Part shown: positions 19,461-28,497 of the stretch, piece by piece | Layout of the letters: the number at the start of each line of letters is the position of its first letter | Position numbering within the stretch: the stretch's first letter is position 1 | NCBI GenBank assembly: GCA_028821675.1 | Contig: JAPKFG010000003.1 | Coordinates: 1 to 43,282 of the forward strand | Origin: Candidatus Poseidoniales archaeon | GTDB lineage: Archaea; Thermoplasmatota; Poseidoniia; Poseidoniales; Thalassarchaeaceae | Direction: 5' to 3' | Length of the DNA stretch: 43,282 bases | Notes under the pieces: generated by a model | Told to the model about the DNA's origin: nothing | The model's input: only the letters and a program-made list of their open reading frames with translations | The model's database searches: none | Position numbers and translations under genes: made by a program

Positions 19461-20120
19461 ATGGGAAAGGAAGTCACTGCAGAACAGGCCCTCTCCGCGG
19501 CAAACGAAATCGTCAACGATGTTTCAGATTTCGGCGACGCTGTCAAGGCAGAGGTTCGTCACCATACCGGCGGTCGCCGCAAGCACGCCTACGTGTACAT
19601 CGAGGTGGTTGCTAGCGAATGGCGTGAACTTGCCCTATGGCTCAAGAAATCCAAGCAAGTCGATTACTGCTCGATGATTACGGGTATTCATTGGCCCGAA
19701 AATACTGATGCATCTTGGCAAGTTGTCGTCCACCTGCTCCGAACAGGGGTCGTCAACCCGCCGGTTGTCAAGAAGCGTATCCATGAGACCAAGGTGGACA
19801 TTGGCGCTCTGTTTGGCAACTCTGTCCCGATGGAATTTGAGATTTCAATGACTCTCCCTGACATGCGAGACCCCAGCGTACCCAGTGTGTCCGACATCTG
19901 GGTCGGTGCAGATTGGAACGAGAAAGAGACTTGGGATCTTGTTGGAATCGAGTTTGAGGGTCATGTGGGGATGCGCCGCGTTCTCCTTCCACACGATTCA
20001 CCAACCGGCTATCATCCACTACAGAAGCAGCACAAGTTGCGTTACCACGATTACAATGAAATGTATGACGATCCACAGGGCTTTGGAAGAAAGCCCGAAG
20101 ATTCTGGGAGGGTGAAGTAA
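19461..20120 (+). CDS. nuoC: Complex I-like subunit C
   Basis: PSVSDIWVGADWNEKETWDLVGIEFEGH..MRRVLL...HPL.K. Confidence 0.95.
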   Translation: MGKEVTAEQALSAANEIVNDVSDFGDAVKAEVRHHTGGRRKHAYVYIEVVASEWRELALWLKKSKQVDYCSMITGIHWPENTDASWQVVVHLLRTGVVNPPVVKKRIHETKVDIGALFGNSVPMEFEISMTLPDMRDPSVPSVSDIWVGADWNEKETWDLVGIEFEGHVGMRRVLLPHDSPTGYHPLQKQHKLRYHDYNEMYDDPQGFGRKPEDSGRVK

Positions 20121-21256
20121 TGGCAGAAATGTGGATTTCCATGGGCCCTCAACATCCCATGACGCATGGTTTGTGGACTCTCAAGGTCAAGGTTGACGGT
20201 GAGACCGTTGTCGATACCGAACCGGATCTCGGTTACATCCACCGGGGTGTTGAGAAAATCTGCGAGGCCCGTGATTTCACTCAGATTACCACCTATTGTG
20301 ATCGCCTCTGCTATGCTAGCGCCAATACTTGGTCACATGCTTACATCTACGCAGCTGAAGATCTGCTTGACGTTGAAGTGCCTGAGCGCGCAGAATACAT
20401 TCGAATGGTTGCTGTTGAACTACAACGCATCGCCAGCCACCTGATGTGGTTGGGTGCTTACTGCCCCGATGTTGGTAATTTGACGGGCATGGTTTGGTGT
20501 CTACGCGAGCGCGAGATGATGATGGATCTCTTGCAGGAACTCGGTGGTTCCCGAATGCACTACAACTTCCCGCGCGTGGGTGGCGTCAAGCGCGATCTTC
20601 CCATTGGATTCGCGATGCGCTGCCGTGCCAAACTCAAACTCTTCCTTGATCGCATCCAAGAGTACGAAGCCCTGTTGGATGAGAGTACCATCTTCCTCAT
20701 TCGCACGCAAGGCGTTGGTTATGCCAAGGCAGAGGAGATGATTAATCACGGTGTTAGCGGCCCCAATGTTCGTGCAGCTGGCCACAATTACGACGTTCGC
20801 TGGGCACATCCATACTCCGTTTACGATGAATTAGATTGGGAACCTTCAGTAGAACGCCCTTCCATCAAGGGCAGTGATTGCTATGATCGATATCGAGTTC
20901 GTGTTGAGGAGATGCGCCAGAGCGCCTCGATGGTTCTCGAAGGTCTTGACAAGATGCCCGGTGGTTCTGAAACCTATCACGAACCGGGTGACCCTGCAAT
21001 CCTCGCCAAAGTGCGAGAGCGTGCTGCTGAGGGTAAGACGGGCTATCACCACTTTGAGGACAGTCGCGGAGAATCGATGTTCTATCTTGTAGGTGGCGGG
21101 GAAAAGCGTGGCAAGCACCCCTACCGCGTTTCCATCCGCAGTCCGATGTTTATCACAATCCCCTACGCTGCCAAGTGCATGATTGGTTACAAGATTGCAG
21201 ATATCCCTGCAATCATGGGTTCATTTGACCCTTGTATTGGAGAAACTGACAGGTGA
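20120..21256 (+). CDS. nuoD: Complex I-like subunit D
   Basis: MGPQHPMTHG, GYIHRGVEK, DRLCY, ELQRIASHL, C-terminal DPCIGETDR. Confidence 0.97.
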   Translation: MAEMWISMGPQHPMTHGLWTLKVKVDGETVVDTEPDLGYIHRGVEKICEARDFTQITTYCDRLCYASANTWSHAYIYAAEDLLDVEVPERAEYIRMVAVELQRIASHLMWLGAYCPDVGNLTGMVWCLREREMMMDLLQELGGSRMHYNFPRVGGVKRDLPIGFAMRCRAKLKLFLDRIQEYEALLDESTIFLIRTQGVGYAKAEEMINHGVSGPNVRAAGHNYDVRWAHPYSVYDELDWEPSVERPSIKGSDCYDRYRVRVEEMRQSASMVLEGLDKMPGGSETYHEPGDPAILAKVRERAAEGKTGYHHFEDSRGESMFYLVGGGEKRGKHPYRVSIRSPMFITIPYAAKCMIGYKIADIPAIMGSFDPCIGETDR

Positions 21257-21261
21257 TTTCC

Positions 21262-22707
21262 ATGACTGAAGACATCATCAACATGCGTGGTTGGGTTCGC
21301 ACTGCCATGGATTTCGTGTCGGAGAACACGATTGGCATGTCACGTCACTGGGAGTACACAGACAGTGTGGCTTGGTTTCTCACTGAGTTCATGATGTGCG
21401 TCATGGTTTTTGGTGGCATCATGACCACGCTCCTAGTCCTTCTTTGGATGGAACGAAAGTTGCTCGGTCGATTCATGGATCGCCGTGGTGCCCGCACATC
21501 GCTGCGAAGTTTGTGGGTTGGGGAGAATGGTGTGACTGCTGGTGAATGGTGGACTCAACTACCATTTGGTACTGGTATTCCCATTGGCATGCTCAACAAA
21601 GCGCTGAATGAAATCGCAGGGAACGACCACAAACTCGAAGCGGTATCCCGTGTCAAGAATCGCTCATACCACGGAGTGTGGTGGCTTCTACCTGGCTTCT
21701 TCCAGAATTTGGCGGATGGCATGAAGTTCCTGACCAAAGAGCACATGGTCCCGGAGAAGGCCGATCGATATGTGTTTGAGATTGCCCCATTCCTCATCAT
21801 AGCGACCACTGTGATGTGCTTCACATTCATCCCCCTCGGTCCGAATTTCCATTCGAATAATTCCGAGATGTCAATTCTATTCCTGATGGCTGTATTCAGC
21901 GTTGCGCCCCTCGGCGTATTCTTTGCCGGTTGGTCATCCAACAACAAGTACACCTTGCTCGGAGGTATTCGTTCCGCTGCTCAACTCACTGCATACGAAA
22001 TCCCACTTCTGGTGACTGTTCTGAGCGTCGTCGTGTTGTCCGGTTCATTCAATCTGATTGAAGTCATTGAATTCCAAGTCGACAGCGGTGTATGGAACAT
22101 CTTCCTTCTCCCATTGGGTGCTGTCCTATTCATCGTCGTAATGGTCGCTGAAGTCGAGCGAATTCCCTTCGATATGCCAGAAGCTGAGGCTGAACTGGTC
22201 GAAGGTTGGTGGACAGAATACGGCGGTATGCGTTGGGGATTGATGTTCGCATCCGAATACCTACGTACATATGCGGCCTGTCTACTATTTGCGCACTTTT
22301 TCCTCGGTGGCTGGGAAGCGCCATTTGAGGACACCATACCATTCATCCATTACATTCCACATATCACCTGGGTCTTCCTCAAGGCTTGGTTCATCTTCAT
22401 CTTCTTCGTCTGGTTCCGTGCCGCTCTTCATCGCGTACGTACAGATCAGATTCTTGAATTTGGGTGGCGCTGGTTGCTTCCATTGAGCCTTGTCAATCTC
22501 GCCATGGCCACCGTACTGCGTTTGTGGGTGTATGATGGTGTCAAAGAAGAATGGCCCATCCTCGTCCCCATCCTGATTACATCCATCAGCCTCGCTCTAT
22601 TCGTCTTGTTATCGATTGACGAAGACCCAAAGGCATTGGAAGCACAAACGCGCCCATTCAGTGTACAGACAGTTGACGTGGCCAGTCCAGGCCAACACAG
22701 GAAGTGA
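21262..22707 (+). CDS. nuoH: Complex I-like subunit H
   Basis: ERK..GRFMDR.G, Q..ADGMK.LTKE, SNNKYTLLGG.R.AAQ..AYE.P, AE..RIPFD.PEAE.ELV.G..TEY. ATG 21262 follows AGGTGA. Confidence 0.96.
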   Translation: MTEDIINMRGWVRTAMDFVSENTIGMSRHWEYTDSVAWFLTEFMMCVMVFGGIMTTLLVLLWMERKLLGRFMDRRGARTSLRSLWVGENGVTAGEWWTQLPFGTGIPIGMLNKALNEIAGNDHKLEAVSRVKNRSYHGVWWLLPGFFQNLADGMKFLTKEHMVPEKADRYVFEIAPFLIIATTVMCFTFIPLGPNFHSNNSEMSILFLMAVFSVAPLGVFFAGWSSNNKYTLLGGIRSAAQLTAYEIPLLVTVLSVVVLSGSFNLIEVIEFQVDSGVWNIFLLPLGAVLFIVVMVAEVERIPFDMPEAEAELVEGWWTEYGGMRWGLMFASEYLRTYAACLLFAHFFLGGWEAPFEDTIPFIHYIPHITWVFLKAWFIFIFFVWFRAALHRVRTDQILEFGWRWLLPLSLVNLAMATVLRLWVYDGVKEEWPILVPILITSISLALFVLLSIDEDPKALEAQTRPFSVQTVDVASPGQHRK

Positions 22708-22712
22708 TTCAG

Positions 22713-23693
22713 ATGGCATACCACAAGCACGCAACTCCGAACTTCCGAAACCTCATTGTTCGTCCAATGTGGATTACGCTCAAGGCGGCCCTTCGAACTA
22801 TTCCGTACATCGGTCGTCTGAGATTCTTGAAATCACATGGAACCAGCAAACCATATCATGGCCAGAAGACGGAGATGCTTTCCGATGCTGAGCGGGAGAT
22901 GTACACTGCACAGGCCCATCCTGTGATTGGTCAAACCTATGCCCCCGACCGAGAGACCACCGAATTGTTCCCCTACTTTGAGCGCCCAGTCACCGTGATG
23001 TATCCTTACGAACGTCTTGAGGAGATGGAGCCTTGGCTCTTCGTCCCGGGCAATTACAATGGTCGAATCGGTGTGATTTGGGAAACTTGCACCGCGTGCA
23101 AAGCCTGTGTGAATATCTGTCCCAATGACTGTCTTCACATGGAAACTGAAACCCGCGTTAACGTTCTGGACATGACCGAAGAAGGAGATGACGACCACGG
23201 CTTCGGCGTTGAACTTGAAGTCGGTGGAATGGCCGCGCGTCGACTTGAAGGCAGTGAAGAAGCAGCAGAAAATTTCCAACTATCGACCGCCCACGAAGCT
23301 CCACCCGAAGAGTATGAATTCGGCGAGGTCATCAATCTGACAGGAGATACAATCAGTGTCCGATGGAATACTTCCGGTTCAGTTGAGGACGTTGCGGCGA
23401 ACGACTTGGTCGGCGCCGAGGTCGACATTGTATCCGGACGAATCGATATTGGTCGCTGTATGTTCTGTGGTTTGTGTATGGAATCATGCCCATTCAATTC
23501 TTTCTTCATGACTAACGAATACGATGGTATGTCCGCTTTCTCCCGTGAAGAACTCTGGTACGATGCAGACCGTACCCGGGTCTTGCCAGTACAACATGCA
23601 GAAGCGGTGGACCGCGAACTCGCAAAGCGTGCTGATCAGGCTCGAAAGAAGGCCGAGAAGGCTGCAGCAAGAGCGAGCAAATCGGAGGCTTGA
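22713..23693 (+). CDS. nuoI: Complex I-like subunit I (2x[4Fe-4S]) with large insertions
   Basis: VTVMYPYE, CTACKACVNICP and CMFCGLCMESCP; operon position between nuoH and nuoJ. Confidence 0.93.
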   Translation: MAYHKHATPNFRNLIVRPMWITLKAALRTIPYIGRLRFLKSHGTSKPYHGQKTEMLSDAEREMYTAQAHPVIGQTYAPDRETTELFPYFERPVTVMYPYERLEEMEPWLFVPGNYNGRIGVIWETCTACKACVNICPNDCLHMETETRVNVLDMTEEGDDDHGFGVELEVGGMAARRLEGSEEAAENFQLSTAHEAPPEEYEFGEVINLTGDTISVRWNTSGSVEDVAANDLVGAEVDIVSGRIDIGRCMFCGLCMESCPFNSFFMTNEYDGMSAFSREELWYDADRTRVLPVQHAEAVDRELAKRADQARKKAEKAAARASKSEA

Positions 23694-23695
23694 AC

Positions 23696-24004
23696 ATGGA
23701 ATTGCCCGGATTTCTGATGGACCCTATTGGCGACATTTTCGGCTCTATTGAGGGCATTGCCTTCGGTATCATGGCCATCATCGCCATTGGGGGTGCTCTG
23801 GGCACAGTTTATTCGAAACGAGTCGCTCATTCGATGCTATCCCTCATCATGTGCTTTTTTGCGGTTGCAGGAGTGTTTCTAATGGCCAATGCTGAGATGC
23901 TTGCGGCCATTCAGATTCTGGTGTATCTGGGCAGCGTGATGCTGGTCTTTGCTTTCGGTGTGATGCTGTCTCGACGTCAAATCATGGAGGAGGATTTTGA
24001 ATGA
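23696..24004 (+). CDS. nuoJ: Complex I-like subunit J, N-terminal half (J1)
   Basis: HSMLSL...F..VAGVF...NAE.LA.IQILVY.G.V. Confidence 0.92.
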   Translation: MELPGFLMDPIGDIFGSIEGIAFGIMAIIAIGGALGTVYSKRVAHSMLSLIMCFFAVAGVFLMANAEMLAAIQILVYLGSVMLVFAFGVMLSRRQIMEEDFE

Positions 24005-24276
24005 GGTTGATCAGTACTTTTGCTCGCCTCGGCGTGGTTGGCTTACTCGGTCTACTACTTGCGGTTCTCATGGATCCAGAAAATTGGACTCCAGTGACCG
24101 GGGCAGACAGTATGACTACCCTTGAATTCGCTACATCGGTCCTCAATGATTGGGCTTTCACTTTGGTTGTTCTCGGAGCATTGTTGGCTATGGCCATGGT
24201 CGGTGCGGCCTACTTGGTTCGCGATGAGCGCAAGACGAACCTCATGTGGGAACTTCACGGAGGTGAAGAGGAATGA
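24001..24276 (+). CDS. nuoJ: Complex I-like subunit J, C-terminal half (J2)
   Basis: Two TM segments; LLAMAMVGAAYL matches the last NuoJ helix; ATGA overlap with J1. Confidence 0.85.
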   Translation: MRLISTFARLGVVGLLGLLLAVLMDPENWTPVTGADSMTTLEFATSVLNDWAFTLVVLGALLAMAMVGAAYLVRDERKTNLMWELHGGEEE

Positions 24277-24575
24277 TCGAACCCAGTTGGATTGCCGGCT
24301 TGGGCGCATTCTTGTTCTGTATCGGCTTGGTGGGTGTTTTCACACGCAAGAATGCCATCATTGTCCTAATGTGTATCGAGATTATGCTCAATGCGGTCAA
24401 TCTGAACTTCGTTGCAGGAGCCGCCCATTACGAGAACATCGACGGCTGGGTATACACTTCGATTGCAATTGCAATCGCAGCCGCCGAGGTGGCTGTTGGC
24501 TTGGCCATTTTCTTGGCATTGTACAGTCAACGAGGTACGATTTCATTGGATGAGGTAACGCTGCTGAAACATTGA
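24273..24575 (+). CDS. nuoK: Complex I-like subunit K
   Basis: RKNAI..LMCIEIMLNAVNLN and AAAEVAVGLA with both conserved Glu. Confidence 0.96.
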   Translation: MIEPSWIAGLGAFLFCIGLVGVFTRKNAIIVLMCIEIMLNAVNLNFVAGAAHYENIDGWVYTSIAIAIAAAEVAVGLAIFLALYSQRGTISLDEVTLLKH

Positions 24576-24588
24576 GGAGGTGAGATGA

Positions 24589-26865
24589 ATGGAAGAACAG
24601 AACAAATCTGAGTGGAATCTTGTGCTCCCCATCCTCGCCTTGGTTTCGTTCCTTTTCGTCGTTCTTAGAATGAACCCCGACTCGTTTGGATTCGATGCAA
24701 GTACCAGTTCATTCCTCATCGTCGCGGTACCTCTAGTCGTTTTCCCTGCGATTTTAATCATCGGCCAAGTCTACAAAGGCAAAGATTTGTGGAAACATCA
24801 ACTGAAAGAGGGTGGAATCATTGCTCTGGCTGCACTGGCCATCACATTGGCATTGACAATTTGGCTAATTGTCGAATTCTTCGCACATCACGCACATTTC
24901 GATGAACAGGGGACAATTTTCGATTGGATTACCTTTGACATTCTCCTTGAAGACAAAGCCCTGACGGAATCCGTATTCAGCTTCGGTATCTGGATTGACA
25001 GTGTCTCTCTGACGGTGTTATTCGTTGCCGCCTTCCTGTGTTTCCTCATCTGCTGGTTCGCAATCGGTTACATGAACACAGATCCCATCAACGAGGATCG
25101 AAACCATCGATTCTTCGCAGAATTTTTGTTATTCAGTATGGGTATGTTTGGAATGGTTCTGGCGGACAGTTTCCTCTGGTTGTTCATCTTCTGGGAAATC
25201 ATGGGGCTCTGCTCATACCTGTTGATTGGATTCTATTGGGAAAAGCCCAGTGCTGCAGCCGCTGCGAAGAAGGCATTCCTCACCACTCGTGTGGGCGACG
25301 TTTTCCTGATGATTGGTTTGTTCATGCTCTACGATTTGTACCACAGCCTTGAGTTCGCCGTTATCTTCGGTGATCCTACTCTGGGCGGCGCTGTTCACGG
25401 AGTCGATCTTCAATGGCCTCTCTTCTTCATGTTCATCGGTTGTGTCGGCAAGTCCGCTCAGTTCCCACTCCACGTATGGCTGCCTGACGCTATGGAAGGG
25501 CCGACCCCAGTATCCGCTCTTATCCACGCGGCAACAATGGTGAACGCTGGACTCTATCTGGTGGCCCGTATGTTCCCTCTATTCAGTGAGCATCATTTCG
25601 AAGGTGATCTTTCAGATCTTGCGATGCTGATTGTATGGATTGGTGGAATCACCGCATGTATGGCTGCGTTCATTGCCTTCGTCGCTAACGACATCAAACG
25701 AGTTCTCGCATATTCGACGATGAGTCAACTAGCCTACATCTTCACTGGATTGGGTGCGGCTTGTTGGTTTGCAAATGAAGGTTATCACCATCTGGCAACA
25801 GTTGCTTTTGGTGCGGCCCTCTTCCATCTATTCAATCACGCCATGGCCAAGGGAATGCTGTTCATGGCCTCTGGTTCAGTAATCCATGAGATGCACCACG
25901 CGCACGACCATGTACACTTGTACGACGATGATGACGACCACGATTTCGATCCACAAGATATGCGAAACATGGGTGGCTTGGCTAGCAAACTACCCGTTAC
26001 CAGCACTGCGATGATGCTGGGTTCAATGTCGATTATCGGCATCCCACTCATCGGTGGATTTTGGTCCAAGGAAGGCATCATTGGGCAAGCATGGAACGTT
26101 TACCTACACGGCGGCGAGATGATTCTCTTCCCCGCACTGTTGGTTCTAGCGACCGCTGGAATGACCGGTTTCTACATGTCGAGAATGTGGTTCATGACCT
26201 TCGCCGGTAAGCCGAAGACAGAGGCCGCCAAACACGTTCATGAGGATACACCGTGGATCAAGACACCTCTGGTTACCCTCTCTCTGGTGACCGCATTCGG
26301 AGGAATACTTCTGGCTATGTACGGCTTCCAGCATTTCCTCGGAGAAGACCCGGATACGGCCCATCTCTCCTCACACGGCTTACTCTACACCCTTAGGCAT
26401 GCCTTCTTGCCTGAGGAGATGACGTTGAAACTTGTTGGATGGACTGCCATCCTTCTCTCTGCGGGTTTGGGACCATTCATCGCTGCTCGAATGCACGGCG
26501 GGCGCCTTGATGATGGTGAGAATGCCACACCGATGGTTGCCTGGTTGGTCGATCTTTCTGGAAGCGTGGGTCGAACCGATGTGGGTGAACTCGCGGAAGG
26601 TGGCTTCGCACAAGCACTTCACAACCGCCTTTACATCGATGATTTCTATGAATATTTGATTGCCAAGACAATTTTACCATTGGCGAAGATTTCCGCATGG
26701 ATTGACAAGAATTGGGTGGATGGCGTCATCAAAGGAATCGAATCGGGCAGTCAGTCGACAAGTACCTGGTTGCGCCAATTCACAACTGGACGTGCAAGTG
26801 ACTACCTGCTCATGGCCGCAGTGGGCATGCTGGCCATCGTTGGAATCCTATGGGGGGTGGTGTGA
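24589..26865 (+). CDS. nuoL: Complex I-like antiporter subunit L
   Basis: WEIMGLCSYLLIGF, GKSAQFPLHVWLPDAMEGPTPVSALIHAATMV, DIKRVLAYSTMSQL, QDMRNMGGL. Confidence 0.97.
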   Translation: MEEQNKSEWNLVLPILALVSFLFVVLRMNPDSFGFDASTSSFLIVAVPLVVFPAILIIGQVYKGKDLWKHQLKEGGIIALAALAITLALTIWLIVEFFAHHAHFDEQGTIFDWITFDILLEDKALTESVFSFGIWIDSVSLTVLFVAAFLCFLICWFAIGYMNTDPINEDRNHRFFAEFLLFSMGMFGMVLADSFLWLFIFWEIMGLCSYLLIGFYWEKPSAAAAAKKAFLTTRVGDVFLMIGLFMLYDLYHSLEFAVIFGDPTLGGAVHGVDLQWPLFFMFIGCVGKSAQFPLHVWLPDAMEGPTPVSALIHAATMVNAGLYLVARMFPLFSEHHFEGDLSDLAMLIVWIGGITACMAAFIAFVANDIKRVLAYSTMSQLAYIFTGLGAACWFANEGYHHLATVAFGAALFHLFNHAMAKGMLFMASGSVIHEMHHAHDHVHLYDDDDDHDFDPQDMRNMGGLASKLPVTSTAMMLGSMSIIGIPLIGGFWSKEGIIGQAWNVYLHGGEMILFPALLVLATAGMTGFYMSRMWFMTFAGKPKTEAAKHVHEDTPWIKTPLVTLSLVTAFGGILLAMYGFQHFLGEDPDTAHLSSHGLLYTLRHAFLPEEMTLKLVGWTAILLSAGLGPFIAARMHGGRLDDGENATPMVAWLVDLSGSVGRTDVGELAEGGFAQALHNRLYIDDFYEYLIAKTILPLAKISAWIDKNWVDGVIKGIESGSQSTSTWLRQFTTGRASDYLLMAAVGMLAIVGILWGVV

Positions 26866-28497
26866 ATGGAGATTACAGAAATGATTACATTTCTTGGCAA
26901 TCCGTTAACCGTACTCACGCTACTGCCAATCACTGGCGCACTCCTGCTGATGCTCGTTCATTGGATGGCAGATGATGAGAAGCGTGAGATGCTGGCCAAC
27001 CCGATTCGCTACGTCAATCTCGGAATCGCCCTGTTGATGTTGCTTATGGCGACCCTCATCGGCCTAGAGGAGACCTTTGGATTGGCGTGGGGAGAATACC
27101 TGTATCAGAACTGCGAAGTTGGTGCTGTGAGTACCGGTTCCTGCACTTTGATCAGCAGCATCGGAGTCTCATGGCACGTCGGTATCGATGCGCTATCATT
27201 CCCGATGGTTTGGTTGACCACACTGTTGATTCCGATTACCATGGTGGTCGAGTGGGAGGCCAAGAAAGATGGCCCCGATAGAGCCTACTTCCACAGCCTC
27301 ATCCTGATGATGGAAGGTGCGCTCATCGGTGTATTCGTCAGCCTCGATTTGTTTGTCTTCTACGTCTTCTGGGAATTGACTTTGATTCCGATGTTCTTCC
27401 TCATCTTGTTGTGGGGTGGAAGTGACCGCCGGTACGCTGCTCAGAAGTTCTTCATCTACACCTTCACGGCCAGCGTCTTCATGCTTGCAGGCATCCTTGT
27501 GATGTATTTCAACAATGATGCGAGTTGGGTTGGCAACATCACAGGGAAGTCGTTTGATTTCATTCTGATGGAAACCAGTACGAACTTCATCGCTTCTGAG
27601 GGATTACGAAGCGTTGTTTTCCTATTGATGCTAATTGGATTTGCAACCAAAATGCCGAGCGTACCCGTTCACACTTGGTTGCCTGACGCCCACGTCGAGG
27701 CCCCCACTGCAGGCTCGATGTTACTGGCTGGTGTCATGCTAAAGATGGGTGCATATGGTTTCCTTCGCCTCGGAGTGACGCTCTTCCCCGATCAGGTCAT
27801 CCAATTCCAGACACTGCTGCTCGTTCTCGGTATGGTCAGCCTCGTCTATGGCGCCGTTGTCTGCCTAGGGCAGATTAATCTCAAGCGCATGGTCGCTTAC
27901 TCTTCAGTGAGCCATATGGGTCTCATTTTCCTCGGTGTGGCTACACTTCAGCCACTTGGAATCGCCGGCGCCATCTTCATGATGTTCGCTCACGGAATCA
28001 TCAGCCCCCTCTTGTTCGCAGTTTGTGGTTCATTCAAGCATCATTATCACACGCTGGAAATTGATTCCATGCGTGGTCTGGCCCATAGCAGTCCGTGGAT
28101 GAGCGCCCACATGATGGTTGGATGGATGGGCAGCCTCGGTCTGCCCCTGATGGCTGGCTTCGTTGCTGAGGTTGCAATCCTCATCGCCTTCTACATGACC
28201 TTCGGTTGGTGGGTTGTTCTACCCGCTCTAACACTCATCATCACCGCGGCTTACTACCTGTGGAGTATGCAGCGCACAATCTTCGAAGGTGGTGGCGATG
28301 TTCAACTTCCACCGACGATGCGTGATGAAGAGCCTCGTGACATTACATGGCACGAGAACACTGGCATGCTCATTTTGGGCGCTCTCGCTGTAATCTACGG
28401 CATTTATCCAGACTTCTTCGGTATGTTCGAGATGATGTCCAATTGGGCTTCTCTATTGGTCGAGAACGTCATTTACCCACCTGAGGTGAATCCATGA
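26866..28497 (+). CDS. nuoM: Complex I-like antiporter subunit M
   Basis: FYVFWELTLIPMFFLI, K.P..P.HTWLPDAHVEAPTAGSMLLAGVMLKMG.YG, LKRMVAYSSVSHMG. Confidence 0.97.
   Translation: MEITEMITFLGNPLTVLTLLPITGALLLMLVHWMADDEKREMLANPIRYVNLGIALLMLLMATLIGLEETFGLAWGEYLYQNCEVGAVSTGSCTLISSIGVSWHVGIDALSFPMVWLTTLLIPITMVVEWEAKKDGPDRAYFHSLILMMEGALIGVFVSLDLFVFYVFWELTLIPMFFLILLWGGSDRRYAAQKFFIYTFTASVFMLAGILVMYFNNDASWVGNITGKSFDFILMETSTNFIASEGLRSVVFLLMLIGFATKMPSVPVHTWLPDAHVEAPTAGSMLLAGVMLKMGAYGFLRLGVTLFPDQVIQFQTLLLVLGMVSLVYGAVVCLGQINLKRMVAYSSVSHMGLIFLGVATLQPLGIAGAIFMMFAHGIISPLLFAVCGSFKHHYHTLEIDSMRGLAHSSPWMSAHMMVGWMGSLGLPLMAGFVAEVAILIAFYMTFGWWVVLPALTLIITAAYYLWSMQRTIFEGGGDVQLPPTMRDEEPRDITWHENTGMLILGALAVIYGIYPDFFGMFEMMSNWASLLVENVIYPPEVNP

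Noticed and set aside
20120-21256. NuoD as a [NiFe]-hydrogenase large subunit
   Set aside because: Only one Cys of each CxxC remains; the complex I His/Tyr quinone-site residues are present.
23124-23456. NuoI insertion as an intein
   Set aside because: No C/S start with HN-C/S/T end and no recognisable intein blocks.
23696-24276. Split nuoJ as a frameshift or pseudogene
   Set aside because: The second half has its own SD (GGAGGA) and ATGA overlap, and split J1/J2 is established in archaeal complex I-like operons.
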